Part shown: one piece after another, positions 52,583-62,647 of the stretch
Layout of the letters: every line of letters begins with the position of its first letter
How positions within the stretch are numbered: position 1 is the first letter of the stretch
Source of the DNA: an uncultured Bacteroidales bacterium
GTDB taxonomy: Bacteria > Bacteroidota > Bacteroidia > Bacteroidales > UBA3824
Reading direction: 5' to 3'
NCBI GenBank assembly: GCA_937877455.1
Contig: CALFIU010000044.1
Location: forward strand, 6,641 to 70,640
Length of the DNA stretch: 64,000 nt
The notes under the pieces: generated by a model
What the model saw: the letters and a program-made list of their open reading frames with translations, nothing else
The model's database searches: none
What the model was told of the DNA's origin: nothing
Translations under genes and position numbers: made by a program

Positions 52583-53689
52583 TTAAAATTCGACGTATTT
52601 TTCTAATTTTTTTAGTTGCCATTGGTCAAAAAGCCCTATTTTTTCTATGGTTTCTATGTTTGATATTTTGCCATTTTGGTTTTTATAATCAATTATGCTT
52701 TGTGCTTGTTTTGCGGTTATGTAGGGATGTTGTTCAAGTTCTTGTTGTGTTGCATCATTTATTTTTATTTTTTTTAGTATTTCGCCACTACATATATATA
52801 AGGTGTTTTTTATTTCTTTTGATAGATTTATGCCAATATCTCTTAGCTGGGATATTGAGTAAAATGCTCCGAGTATTTGGCGTGCTTTTACAATTTCATT
52901 TGCTTCTGTGGGTTTTATGCCAATTGCTTCTAAATCTTTGTTTGTTAGTTGGTTGAGATTGTATAAATTTTTACCATTTGCGAGTTTTTTGAGGTCTATT
53001 TTTATGTATGTTTCTATGTCTGGAAATCTATTTCTAAATAAGAAATAGTTTTTTACGTCGTTGATACAATAAAATTTTCTTCCTTTTTGGGTTCTATCGT
53101 TTATGAAAGTTGATATTTGTTTTTGTGTAAAATTCATTTGCAATAATTGTTGCTCTGTTACAAAGTTTGGGTCAAATGTTTGGTATTCAGGTGTTTTTAT
53201 TTTTTTGTTGTTGTATGTTATTTCTTTTTCTGATTTTAGGGTTATGTATGGCGATAGTATTTGATATTGTTTGGTTCTTATGCCGTAAATTTTTCTAAAA
53301 TCTTCTTTTGTAGTGAATTTGCCGCCGTTTTTTCGATAGTTGTCTATTGTTGTAATCTGTTTTTCGGTTAGTCCGAGTTTCTTTAATTGTGTTGTGGTTA
53401 CGGTGTTTGGGTCAAAATTGAAAAGTTTAATGGTGTCGTATATTGAGATTATTTTTTTATCAAGTCGTGATAATGCAATTTCTTCTTGTTCTTGTTCGTT
53501 GGTTTGTTCTTCGAGCCATGAAATTTTGTTTTTTATTGATGTGTCGGCTAATATTGCTTTTTTAGATTGTTGAGTGGTTATTTGGTTGTATATTATTGTG
53601 GTTATAAGTGTTACGGCGGCGATTATTGTTAATATAATAATGTGTTTTCTGTCTGTGGCTGTTAGTTTTATATAGTTGGATAATCGCAT
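52583..53689 (-). CDS. ComEA-like protein with four helix-hairpin-helix modules and an N-terminal TM
   Basis: Repeated modules such as TQLKKLGLTEKQITTIDNYRKNGGKF, LQMNFTQKQISTFINDRTQKGRKF, LEAIGIKPTEANEIVKARQILGAF, ELEQHPYITAKQAQSIIDYKNQNGKI. I moved the start to ATG 53689; the track start 53716 is a GTG overlapping the upstream gene. Confidence 0.55.
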   Translation of the reverse strand: MRLSNYIKLTATDRKHIIILTIIAAVTLITTIIYNQITTQQSKKAILADTSIKNKISWLEEQTNEQEQEEIALSRLDKKIISIYDTIKLFNFDPNTVTTTQLKKLGLTEKQITTIDNYRKNGGKFTTKEDFRKIYGIRTKQYQILSPYITLKSEKEITYNNKKIKTPEYQTFDPNFVTEQQLLQMNFTQKQISTFINDRTQKGRKFYCINDVKNYFLFRNRFPDIETYIKIDLKKLANGKNLYNLNQLTNKDLEAIGIKPTEANEIVKARQILGAFYSISQLRDIGINLSKEIKNTLYICSGEILKKIKINDATQQELEQHPYITAKQAQSIIDYKNQNGKISNIETIEKIGLFDQWQLKKLEKYVEF

Positions 53690-53700
53690 TTTTGTTTTTT

Positions 53701-56700
53701 TTATAGTTCTATACACAATACGTGAACATCGTCCACTTGCTCGTTATCGCCTTTCCATTCGTAGAATGTACTTAGTAATACTTCTTTTTGGTCGTTGAGC
53801 GATAGTTTACAATTTTTGAGTAACATACGTTCAAAGTTTGTAGTAAAGAATTTTTTACATTTTGGTCCACCGAATTGGTCGCAGTAACCGTCGGATGATA
53901 GATATATAATGTCGCCAGAGTTTATTTTCAATTCTATTTCAGAGAATGGTACATGGTCGCGTGCGTGTATGCCGATTGGCATTTTGTCGGGTTTGAATGA
54001 GAAAAGATACGCATCATTATTTTCGCCTATTGTTATGCGGCTACCGCTTTTGTCTGCGGTTTCGAGGGTTTGAGGGTCTGGAGTTCCAAATCTAAGAAGA
54101 TATGCAAACGAGTATGCTCCAGCGTAGTTAATGGTGTTATTTTGTGTGTTGTGTATTATTAAACTTATGTCCATTCCGTCTTGAGCTTCGTTGTTTTTGC
54201 CACGTTGGTGGAGTAGTTTTATTATTTTAATCCTCAATTTGTTTAGCATTTCTGATGCACTAAAATTGTTGGATGTTTCTATAACGTTTTGTAGAGTTAC
54301 TGTGCCGATCATACTCATTAATGCTCCTGGTATTCCGTGTCCAGTGCAATCGGCTACAGCTATTATTGTATAGCCGTTTTTGTGTGCAATCCAATGGAAG
54401 TCGCCACTGACAATGTTTTTGGGCAGATTGATTATAAAGTATGATTTTAATACTTCGTTTAAGAACAATGGCAATGGTAGTAGTGCTTGTTGGATTCGGC
54501 TGGCGTATTCTATGCTATCGGTTATTTCTTTGTTTTGTTCGGCTATTTTTTGTTCAGCAATTTTTATTTGTGTTACATCGCTACATACAGCTATAAGGCT
54601 TTGTATGTTTCCATCGCTGTCAACAACAGGGGAGAGGTTGGTTTGCATCCACATTTCATGACCGTCTTTTGTACAGCTTTTGTAGGAATATGTTTGCGAT
54701 TTTTTTTCTTTTTTTACGGTTTCAAATACTTTTGGAAAATCGACATAGTCGCTTGCATATAGTAGGTTATGTTTTTTTAGTTTTAGATATTCGTCTATTG
54801 TGTAGCCAGAGTGGCGTTCAAATGCTTCGTTAATCCATTGTATTTCTCCTTTGGAATTGGCTATAAATACTGAATTGTCTGTTTGTTGAGCAACTATTGA
54901 TAGTTTTTCGAGTTCTTTGTTGTTGCTTTCTAATATTTCTGATTGTCTTGTTAGTTCTTCGTTTTTTTCTAATATAGTATTTTTCTGGGTGCGTAGTTCG
55001 TCGGCGTATGTGGATAGGAGAGTGGCTTTACGTTCTATGTCTTGTTTTTGTTTAATTATCTCTGTTTCAGCTTTTTTCTGTTGACTTATGTCGGTGAGTA
55101 CAGCTATTATTTTTATATTGCCATTTATTTCTTTGTATGGCGAGAGTGTGGTTTGAAACCAAATATTTTTTTGCCATAGTAATTCAAAGTTTACTGTTTT
55201 ATTTTCGTCGAGACATTGTTTTAGTGATGAAAGTACTTCTTCTCCGAAAATATTTTTTACTGGTTGGCGTTCAAAATCTGATTTTTTTTTGTCGTTGTTG
55301 TTTGGCCATAGGTGTTTTATCAGTGATGAGTTAACCCACTCTGTTACATAAAAATTATTGATAATTATTATTCCGTTGTCGGTATTGTTGGCTATAAATG
55401 AAAGTCGTGATAATTCGATGTTTTTATCTTCAAGTTCGAGAGATCTTTCTTGAATTTCGTGTTTTTGATCTTGTAGTTTTTTGTTGTTTTTTTTCTGTTT
55501 AATGTATTGTCTAATTGCAATTATTGATATAAAAAATATTATTATGATTATAATTATGCTAAGTAGCATTGTGGTATTTTTGGCTTTTATTTCACTTTCT
55601 TTTTCTATTCTGTAAACTTCATTTTTTTTGCGTTCTTGCTCAAAGGTATGCTCCATTTGCATTTTGGTTATATTCTTAAGGTTGTTGTTGTTGTTTAAGC
55701 TGTCTTGAACAATTTGTGCTATTTCACAATATTTAAACGCATTGGCATAATCCTTTTTTTGTTTGAAAATAAGAGATAGTATTCTTGCCGAACTTTGTTT
55801 TTGTCTTAAATCTTTTCCTTGTCGTGCGTTGTCGTAGGCTTTTTGGACAAAATATTCGGCACTATCTAATTTATTTTTGTTTAAATAATATTTTCCAAGA
55901 GTTATGTATGAGTCTGTTAATTCTTTTTCGTTACCAATTTTTTGTCTTAATTTTAGACTTATTATGTAGTTAATATGAGCTTCATCTTTGTTTCCGCGTA
56001 TTTCAATAGTTTTGCCAATTCCGTTGTAGGCGCGCGCTATCCAAAAGTTATTGTTAAAAGGTATAAGTTTTTCTAAAGCTTGTTTGTAATATAAATTAGC
56101 CATTGGAATATCGTTTTTCATTTCGCTGATTGTTCCAAGTCCAACGCTTGTTATACCCATGTTTTCAAAATCTTCAAGTTCAAAGTATATGTTGTGGGTT
56201 TCTATCATATATTTTTCAGCTTCATCAGTTTCATTTATAAGGGTATAGAGTTTGGCGATATCGTAGTATATATCGGCTAATAACTTTTTATCATTATTTT
56301 TTTTGGCACAATTTTCGGCTTTAAAACAATTTTGCATCGCTAAGTAAGGAACTTGTTGTTCCACATATACCATACCCAACATTGAATAAAGCCTTGCTGC
56401 GGCCTGCATATTGTTAATTTTGTTGAAATAGTCAATATTTTGGGTTATTATTTTTTCTGCATCTGATAATTTGCTGTGTATAATGTTACTTTCAGCGGTT
56501 ATGGCTATGCTCATAAAACTTGCATCGCTGTCTTTGTAAATTTTTGCTAATGAGTCTATTGCAAATTGGCATCGCATTTTGCCAGATTCGTTATTAAGTT
56601 TGTCATATACGTTGTAAAGTCTGCAATATGAGCCAACAGCTGACTTATAATTTTTTTCTTGTTGGATTTTTTTTTCTATTTCCGACAATGTTTTTATGGC

Positions 56701-56862
56701 AGAAACGGTGTCGGAAATGTAGTTAAGAAGTTTGTTGGTTATGTCTTTTTCATGAGGATTGCGGTATTGGTCAAATATGTAATAGTGTTGCGAACGTGCC
56801 GTTTGGGACGTTATAAGCATTGTAAATAATGCGATGGTAAATATTTTAAACCAAGTACGCAA
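53701..56862 (-). CDS. TPR - TM - PAS x2 - SpoIIE/PP2C sensor phosphatase
   Basis: 1053 aa. Signal-like N-terminus (TTG start), ~400 aa of TPR-like repeats, TM LLSIIIIIIIFFISIIAI, and two PAS-like regions flanked by coiled coils. PP2C motifs GDFHW, VADCTGHGIPGAL, YLSSDGYCDQ, VDDVHVLCIEL. Confidence 0.78.
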   Translation of the reverse strand: MRTWFKIFTIALFTMLITSQTARSQHYYIFDQYRNPHEKDITNKLLNYISDTVSAIKTLSEIEKKIQQEKNYKSAVGSYCRLYNVYDKLNNESGKMRCQFAIDSLAKIYKDSDASFMSIAITAESNIIHSKLSDAEKIITQNIDYFNKINNMQAAARLYSMLGMVYVEQQVPYLAMQNCFKAENCAKKNNDKKLLADIYYDIAKLYTLINETDEAEKYMIETHNIYFELEDFENMGITSVGLGTISEMKNDIPMANLYYKQALEKLIPFNNNFWIARAYNGIGKTIEIRGNKDEAHINYIISLKLRQKIGNEKELTDSYITLGKYYLNKNKLDSAEYFVQKAYDNARQGKDLRQKQSSARILSLIFKQKKDYANAFKYCEIAQIVQDSLNNNNNLKNITKMQMEHTFEQERKKNEVYRIEKESEIKAKNTTMLLSIIIIIIIFFISIIAIRQYIKQKKNNKKLQDQKHEIQERSLELEDKNIELSRLSFIANNTDNGIIIINNFYVTEWVNSSLIKHLWPNNNDKKKSDFERQPVKNIFGEEVLSSLKQCLDENKTVNFELLWQKNIWFQTTLSPYKEINGNIKIIAVLTDISQQKKAETEIIKQKQDIERKATLLSTYADELRTQKNTILEKNEELTRQSEILESNNKELEKLSIVAQQTDNSVFIANSKGEIQWINEAFERHSGYTIDEYLKLKKHNLLYASDYVDFPKVFETVKKEKKSQTYSYKSCTKDGHEMWMQTNLSPVVDSDGNIQSLIAVCSDVTQIKIAEQKIAEQNKEITDSIEYASRIQQALLPLPLFLNEVLKSYFIINLPKNIVSGDFHWIAHKNGYTIIAVADCTGHGIPGALMSMIGTVTLQNVIETSNNFSASEMLNKLRIKIIKLLHQRGKNNEAQDGMDISLIIHNTQNNTINYAGAYSFAYLLRFGTPDPQTLETADKSGSRITIGENNDAYLFSFKPDKMPIGIHARDHVPFSEIELKINSGDIIYLSSDGYCDQFGGPKCKKFFTTNFERMLLKNCKLSLNDQKEVLLSTFYEWKGDNEQVDDVHVLCIEL

Positions 56863-57051
56863 ATTAATTTTATTTTTGGTTGATAGTGCAAATATCGGGC
56901 AAAAAACTTTTTTATGTAATTATGTTGTATAATTTTTTTTATTGTTTTTTGACTTTTCAGTTGCGAATATAGTAAACTTCTAATAAAAAACAACAAAAAA
57001 TCTAAAATTAAAAAAAAATTGATTCTTTAATTGAAAATAAAACAAAAACAT

Positions 57052-57059
57052 TACCTTTG
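57052..57059 (+). promoter_or_regulatory. -7 box TACCTTTG upstream of the ptb-like gene
   Basis: Exact TAnnTTTG, 33 nt upstream of ATG 57092. Confidence 0.45.
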
Positions 57060-57091
57060 GCAAAAATAATATTCACCAACAGCGAATCAAA

Positions 57092-58006
57092 ATGATTAAA
57101 AAACTGGAAGAAATTTTGTTGATGGCGCAACAAAAACAGAAAAGGAAGTTGTCGGTGGCTTGTCCTTATGATGTGCATACATTGCAAGCCGTTGATAACG
57201 CCCGCAGACGGGGAATGATAACCGCCGTATTGTGCGGTGATGCCGCTAAAATAGGTTTTGCCGCTCAAGTTGCTGATGTTGAGATTGGTAACTTTGAAAT
57301 TTGTGATTTTAAAGATGATGATGAAGCCCTATCTAAGGCTGTTGGTTTGGTGGCTGATGGCGAAGCTGATTTTCTTATGAAAGGACTTATTAGTTCTGAA
57401 AAATATCTAAAAGCTGTTTTACGGCGAAATAGTGGACTTATTGCTGGTTCTACGGCAATAACACATGTGGCTGTGATGGAAAATCCTAATTATCATAAAC
57501 TTATAATTTTTGGAGATTCTGCCATTTTGCCACAACCAGATTTGAAACAAAAGCTTATAATACTCAATGCACTTTCGGCTATGGCTCACATTTTAGGAAA
57601 TCCATTGCCCAAAGTGGCTGTTTTGGCGGCGACAGAGCTTATTTCTAATGCAATAATTGCTGGTCCTGATGCCGCCGTAATTTCAAAAATGAGCGATCGT
57701 CATCAACTTGGACAATGTATGGCAGAAGGACCTCTTAGTCTTGATTTGGCAATTAATTCCCAAGCGGCACAAATAAAAGGTGTAACAAACGAAGTTGTAG
57801 GTGATGCCGATTGCCTAATTTTTCCAGATATTGAGGCTGGTAATTCTTTTTATAAAACCAACACAAAACTTGCAGGTGCACAGGTTGCGGGATGTTTGGC
57901 TGGCACAAAAGCACCAGTGGTGCTTACTTCGAGGGGCGATTCGGCACAATCAAAACTTTATTCTATAGCACTTGCTATGGTGGCTGGTACAGTGGTAGAT
58001 AATTAA
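57092..58006 (+). CDS. Phosphate butyryl/acetyl-transferase family protein (Ptb-like)
   Basis: 304 aa (the short Ptb size class). Contains KGLISSEKYLKAVL, IFPDIEAGNSFYK (PTA_PTB signature region) and VVLTSRGDS. Confidence 0.7.
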   Translation: MIKKLEEILLMAQQKQKRKLSVACPYDVHTLQAVDNARRRGMITAVLCGDAAKIGFAAQVADVEIGNFEICDFKDDDEALSKAVGLVADGEADFLMKGLISSEKYLKAVLRRNSGLIAGSTAITHVAVMENPNYHKLIIFGDSAILPQPDLKQKLIILNALSAMAHILGNPLPKVAVLAATELISNAIIAGPDAAVISKMSDRHQLGQCMAEGPLSLDLAINSQAAQIKGVTNEVVGDADCLIFPDIEAGNSFYKTNTKLAGAQVAGCLAGTKAPVVLTSRGDSAQSKLYSIALAMVAGTVVDN

Positions 58007-58012
58007 AAAAAA

Positions 58013-59563
58013 TTGGAGAATAACAAAACGCAAAATATCACAAATATGTTTACAAAAGACCGAGGGCTATATATAGCCCATAGTTCAAAAGGCGCAATTA
58101 GCATAATTGGCAAAATGGCCAATCGACATGGTTTGGTTGCTGGTGCTACGGGAACAGGTAAAACTGTAACGTTGCAAGTATTGGCAGAAACATTCTGTCA
58201 GGCAGGTGTGCCGTGTTTTATGGCTGATATGAAAGGAGACCTAAGCGGCATAAGTCAACAAGGTAAGATGTCGGGATTTATAGAAAAACGCCTTGACGAG
58301 TTTGAAATAGAAAATCCTGAGTTTCAAGCTTGTCCAGTAAGGTTTTATGATGTTTATGGCGAGCAAGGACATCCTATAAGGTGTACAATTTCGCAAATGG
58401 GTCCAGATATGCTTGCGCGTTTGCTCGAACTTAATGAAACTCAAACTGGAATACTTAATATTGTATTTCGTATAGCCGATGATAATAAACTTAAATTGTT
58501 GGACCTTAAGGATTTAAGAGCAATGCTCGAGTATGTTGCAAAAAATTCTTCTAAGTTTACAACTCAATACGGCAATATAACATCTCAAAGTGTTGGAGCA
58601 ATACAACGTGCTCTTTTGGCATTAGAAAACCAAGGAGCCAACAAGTTTTTTGGTGAGCCAGCATTTAATATTCAAGATTTGTTGGCAACAGAAGGCGGAA
58701 AGGGCGTTATGAGTGTGCTTGCGGCAGACAAATTAATGTTGCAACCAAAACTTTATTCAACGTTTATGTTATGGCTAATGAGTGAGTTATATTCTTATAT
58801 GCCAGAAATTGGCGACATGGATTTGCCAAAACTTGTATTCTTTTTCGACGAAGCTCACATGCTTTTTGATGGTACATCAAAGGCTATGGTTGAAAAGATA
58901 GAGCAGGTGATAAGGTTGATACGAAGCAAAGGCGTTGGTATCTACTTTATTTCGCAAAGCCCATCAGATATTCCTGATGCTATTCTTGGTCAACTTGGTA
59001 ATCGTGTTCAACATGCGTTGCGTGCCTATACGCCTAAGGATAAGAAAAATGTAAAAGCAGCAGCTCAAAGTTTTAGACCAAATCCAGAATTTAGTACCGA
59101 AGATGCTATTCAAAACCTTGAAACAGGAGAGGCATTGGTATCTTTTCTTGACGAAAAAGGCGCGCCTACGGTGGTGGAACGTGCAAAAATACTATTTCCG
59201 TTGAGCCAAATTGGTGCAATTTCTAACGAACAACGTAGCGAATTGATAAAAAAATCACCTATTTTTGGGGTGTACGACCAGATGGTTGATAACGAAAGTG
59301 CTTTTGAAATATTGTTAGAGCAATCGCAAAAAGAACAAGCAGAAAAAGAAGAAGCCGAAAAAGCTAAACAAAAGGCTAAAGAAGAAAAAGAAAAAGCAAA
59401 GGAAGAAAAAAAATCAAAAAGCAGTAAGCAATCAACATTTGACAAAACCATGAATACTGTTGCAAAAACTGCTACTCGTGAAATAATTAAAAACGTTACA
59501 AAGAAAGATAGTTTTTTGCGTAATGTTTTGGGTGGTCTTGTTAATTCTTTTTTCAAGAAATAG
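58013..59563 (+). CDS. HerA-like ATPase, DUF853/YjgR family
   Basis: 516 aa. Walker A GLVAGATGTGKTVTLQ, Walker B VFFFDEAHMLF, and a K/E-rich C-terminal tail. Confidence 0.75.
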   Translation: MENNKTQNITNMFTKDRGLYIAHSSKGAISIIGKMANRHGLVAGATGTGKTVTLQVLAETFCQAGVPCFMADMKGDLSGISQQGKMSGFIEKRLDEFEIENPEFQACPVRFYDVYGEQGHPIRCTISQMGPDMLARLLELNETQTGILNIVFRIADDNKLKLLDLKDLRAMLEYVAKNSSKFTTQYGNITSQSVGAIQRALLALENQGANKFFGEPAFNIQDLLATEGGKGVMSVLAADKLMLQPKLYSTFMLWLMSELYSYMPEIGDMDLPKLVFFFDEAHMLFDGTSKAMVEKIEQVIRLIRSKGVGIYFISQSPSDIPDAILGQLGNRVQHALRAYTPKDKKNVKAAAQSFRPNPEFSTEDAIQNLETGEALVSFLDEKGAPTVVERAKILFPLSQIGAISNEQRSELIKKSPIFGVYDQMVDNESAFEILLEQSQKEQAEKEEAEKAKQKAKEEKEKAKEEKKSKSSKQSTFDKTMNTVAKTATREIIKNVTKKDSFLRNVLGGLVNSFFKK

Positions 59564-59584
59564 TAGATAAGAAAAATTTAGTAC

Positions 59585-59626
59585 AAAAAAAAACGGTTGT
59601 TGATTTTATCAGCAACCGTTTTTTTA
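59585..59626. terminator. Bidirectional terminator between convergent genes
   Basis: aaacggttgttgat (59591-59604) pairs with atcagcaaccgttt (59608-59621), 1 mismatch, 3-nt loop. An A-run lies upstream and a T-run downstream. Confidence 0.8.
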
Positions 59627-59640
59627 TTTGTTGATTAACA

Positions 59641-60267
59641 CTATTTGTAATTGTTAAGTTTTTCTTTCAATTGGTCGAGAACAGTTTTTTGATTTTGACG
59701 TTCAGCGTCAAGTTTTTTTGTTTCGTTCTTAATGTTTTCGAGCTCTTTTTCAGCTTTGGCTTGAGCATCAGCTTGTTTTTTGTAAGTTTTTTCAGCAGTA
59801 GCCAAAACTTTTTCTTGAGCAGCTATTTGGTTTTTCAATGCAACAGCATCAATGTCTTTTGCAAGGCTTTCCAAGAATGCTTTTGTACGATTTGCTGTTT
59901 CAGCATCGTTAGCTGAAGTAACAAAATTGTCGTAACCTTTTGATACAAAGGCTGTTACTGTACTTGTTTTATCTGTGCCATCAACTTTTATATAAAGGTC
60001 GCATTGTTGAGCGCAAACGGTTGGGTAGTTGATAGCTTCAAATTTTGTAACACCTTTGCTAACGCCCTTTCCTTTGAGTTTGTCTTTTGATGCGCGGTTG
60101 GCTACGGCAAGGTTTACGTCTTTAACATTGTTGTTGTAAGTGATAGTAAATCCAGTTTTTAATGTACCAGCTTTGTCGAAAGCTACTTGTGCTTCATTTG
60201 CAGTTTGTGCAGTAGCTAATGTGCTGATACCCAATGCGCAAACAAGCGCAAAAACTAATTTTTTCAT
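59641..60267 (-). CDS. Secreted protein with C-terminal coiled coil, function unknown
   Basis: 208 aa. Signal peptide MKKLVFALVCALGISTLATAQ, a beta-rich N-terminal half, and a K/E/A-rich helical tail. Confidence 0.45.
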   Translation of the reverse strand: MKKLVFALVCALGISTLATAQTANEAQVAFDKAGTLKTGFTITYNNNVKDVNLAVANRASKDKLKGKGVSKGVTKFEAINYPTVCAQQCDLYIKVDGTDKTSTVTAFVSKGYDNFVTSANDAETANRTKAFLESLAKDIDAVALKNQIAAQEKVLATAEKTYKKQADAQAKAEKELENIKNETKKLDAERQNQKTVLDQLKEKLNNYK

Positions 60268-60496
60268 TTTTTTTTAATTATTTTGTTATTAATTTTAATT
60301 TTCGTACATTTTGTTGTTGCAAAAGTAGAAAACAGAAATTTTAACCCAAAAAAAATATTATAAAAAATACTAACTTGCATTTTTCTTAATGTTTTGTTAT
60401 AAAAAAAATAATAGTGATTTTTTTTATAAGAAGACTTTTGGGATTAAATTTGTACGTAGTTTATTATTTTTATATATAATAAAAATATGAAATTTT

Positions 60497-61129
60497 ATGA
60501 ATTTAATTGTTTTTTTTCAAGGGTGGGGATTAACACCAAAACATATTGAAAATATTGATAGTAAAGATTTTGATGTGTTTTGTTATTATGAACATCAAAA
60601 TCTAATGTTTAAGGAAGTATCGCAGATTGATTTTTTAAAATATGATAAAAAAATATTAATTGCTTTTTCTCTTGGTGTTTATGCGGCATCGCTTTTGTCA
60701 GATAGTGTATTTAATAGTTTTGATTTAAAAATTGCTATTAACGGAACAGAAAAACCTGTTGATAATAAATTTGGAATAGCTGAAAATATTTTTAAAGCTA
60801 CGCTTAATAATTTGAGTGTTAGTAGTTTAGAAAAATTTAATTTTCGTATGTGTGCGTCTAAACAATGTTATGAAAGTTTTAAACAGATAGAAAATAGTCG
60901 TAGTTTTTCGTCTATCAGCGACGAATTAAGTTTTTTTTATCGCCTTACATGTCGTAAAGATAGTTATAAACCCAAAAATTGGACAAAAGCCATTGTTTCT
61001 TCTAATGATTTGATTTTCAGTGCTATTAATCAAAAAAACTATTGGCAGCAACAAAATGTTGAAATCAACGAAATTGATGCTCCACACTATTTTTTCTCAA
61101 AAATTGATTCTTGGAAAAATCTGTTTTAG
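60497..61129 (+). CDS. DUF452/BioG-like alpha/beta hydrolase (candidate pimeloyl-ACP methyl ester esterase)
   Basis: 210 aa. N-terminal LIVFFQGWG and nucleophile elbow IAFSLGVY match the DUF452 pattern as I recall it. Confidence 0.5.
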   Translation: MNLIVFFQGWGLTPKHIENIDSKDFDVFCYYEHQNLMFKEVSQIDFLKYDKKILIAFSLGVYAASLLSDSVFNSFDLKIAINGTEKPVDNKFGIAENIFKATLNNLSVSSLEKFNFRMCASKQCYESFKQIENSRSFSSISDELSFFYRLTCRKDSYKPKNWTKAIVSSNDLIFSAINQKNYWQQQNVEINEIDAPHYFFSKIDSWKNLF

Positions 61130-61156
61130 TTTTTGTATTATAGAATTATTGTTTAC

Positions 61157-61199
61157 AAAAAAAACTACGGAAAAACACATTTTATTTCCGTAGTTTTTT
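61157..61199. terminator. Bidirectional terminator between the bioG-like gene and folC
   Basis: aactacggaaa (61163-61173) pairs perfectly with tttccgtagtt (61185-61195). An A-run lies upstream and a T-run downstream. Confidence 0.8.
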
Positions 61200-61200
61200 G

Positions 61201-62532
61201 TTATAATGCTTCTGCTACTACAAAATTGCTGCCACCGATAAATATAAAATCATCTTGCGTGGCATCTGATTTGGCTGTTTCGAGGGCTAATTTTACCGAT
61301 GAAAATGCCCGTCCTTTTAGACCGTAATTTTCTGCTTGTGCTTTTAGCTCGTCAGCAGGTAGGGCGCGTCTAATGGCTGCATTACAAAAATAATATTCGG
61401 CATTTTTGGGAAGAATTTTTAGCATTGAGGTTATGTCTTTGTCGCTAACAAATCCTATTACCATGCGTAAAATGTTGAATTTCTGTTTGTTAATTTGCTC
61501 TATTGTTAAACTTAAACCTGCAAAATTATGACCTGTATCGCATACAGTTAGCGGATTTTGGCTTACCACTTGCCAACGCCCGAAAAATCCTGTGTTTTGG
61601 TTTACGTTTTCAAACCCGTCGTAAATATTTTTTTGCGAAATATTAAACCCATTTGTTTGGAGTTGCTCTATTGCTGCAAGTGCTGTTATTACGTTTTTTT
61701 GTTGATAAATGCCTATTTGTCCGCATTTTAGCCCAGCATAGCGCAACATTCCACCGCAAAAAACATTGAATATCTGTTTGCCATCGTCAGAAATAATGCC
61801 TTGTGATGTACTTAATTTGTTGGATGCCAATATTATTGGGGCTTCCATTTCTTCTGCTTTTTTTAAAAATACGCTGTTGGTTTTAGTATCGCTCTCACCA
61901 ACAACAACGGGAACTCCATGTTTTATTATTCCTGCTTTTTCGGCGGCTATTTCTTTTACGGTATTTCCAAGAAACTGCACATGGTCGAGAGCAATGTTGG
62001 TTATTACCGAAACTTCGGGTTTTATAATGTTGGTGCTGTCAAGTCGTCCGCCCATACCAACTTCGATAACTCCTACATCAATTTTCTGATTTTTAAAATA
62101 TTCAAAACACATTGCCACAGTGAGTTCAAAAAACGATGGTTTCATTGGCATAAATATTTCGGAATATTTATTAACAAAATCTGTTACAAATTGTTCTTCA
62201 ATTTTTTTACCATTTATGCGGATTCGTTCTTTAAAATCGAGAATGTGTGGCGACGTGTAGAGTCCTGTTTTGTAGCCTGCTTCTTGTAACACCGAGGCTA
62301 TAAAATTTGAAACAGACCCTTTACCGTTTGTTCCTGCAATGTGGACGTTTTTGAAATTGCGGTGGGGATGACCAAAATATTTATCTAATGCCTCTGTTGT
62401 TTCCAAGGTGTTTTTGTATGCAGTGCCGCCAACACGTTGAAACATTGGAAGTTGGTTAAATAGAAATTCTTCCGCTTCTTTGTAATTTAAATTCACTTTT
62501 TTACGTAATGGTTTTTTAAATAATTTGGCCAA
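61201..62532 (-). CDS. folC: Bifunctional folylpolyglutamate synthase / dihydrofolate synthase
   Basis: 443 aa. Mur-ligase P-loop HIAGTNGKGS, also VIEVGMGGRLDSTN and ITNIALDH. Confidence 0.88.
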   Translation of the reverse strand: MAKLFKKPLRKKVNLNYKEAEEFLFNQLPMFQRVGGTAYKNTLETTEALDKYFGHPHRNFKNVHIAGTNGKGSVSNFIASVLQEAGYKTGLYTSPHILDFKERIRINGKKIEEQFVTDFVNKYSEIFMPMKPSFFELTVAMCFEYFKNQKIDVGVIEVGMGGRLDSTNIIKPEVSVITNIALDHVQFLGNTVKEIAAEKAGIIKHGVPVVVGESDTKTNSVFLKKAEEMEAPIILASNKLSTSQGIISDDGKQIFNVFCGGMLRYAGLKCGQIGIYQQKNVITALAAIEQLQTNGFNISQKNIYDGFENVNQNTGFFGRWQVVSQNPLTVCDTGHNFAGLSLTIEQINKQKFNILRMVIGFVSDKDITSMLKILPKNAEYYFCNAAIRRALPADELKAQAENYGLKGRAFSSVKLALETAKSDATQDDFIFIGGSNFVVAEAL

Positions 62533-62647
62533 TGCATAATTTAAAATTGTGTTCTAAAAATTGCTTTTTCTGCTTTGTTATACGTTTTGAAAAAACAAAT
62601 TTTTAGAACATCACTAAATAAATTTTGTATTGCTAAAATTAAATAAT

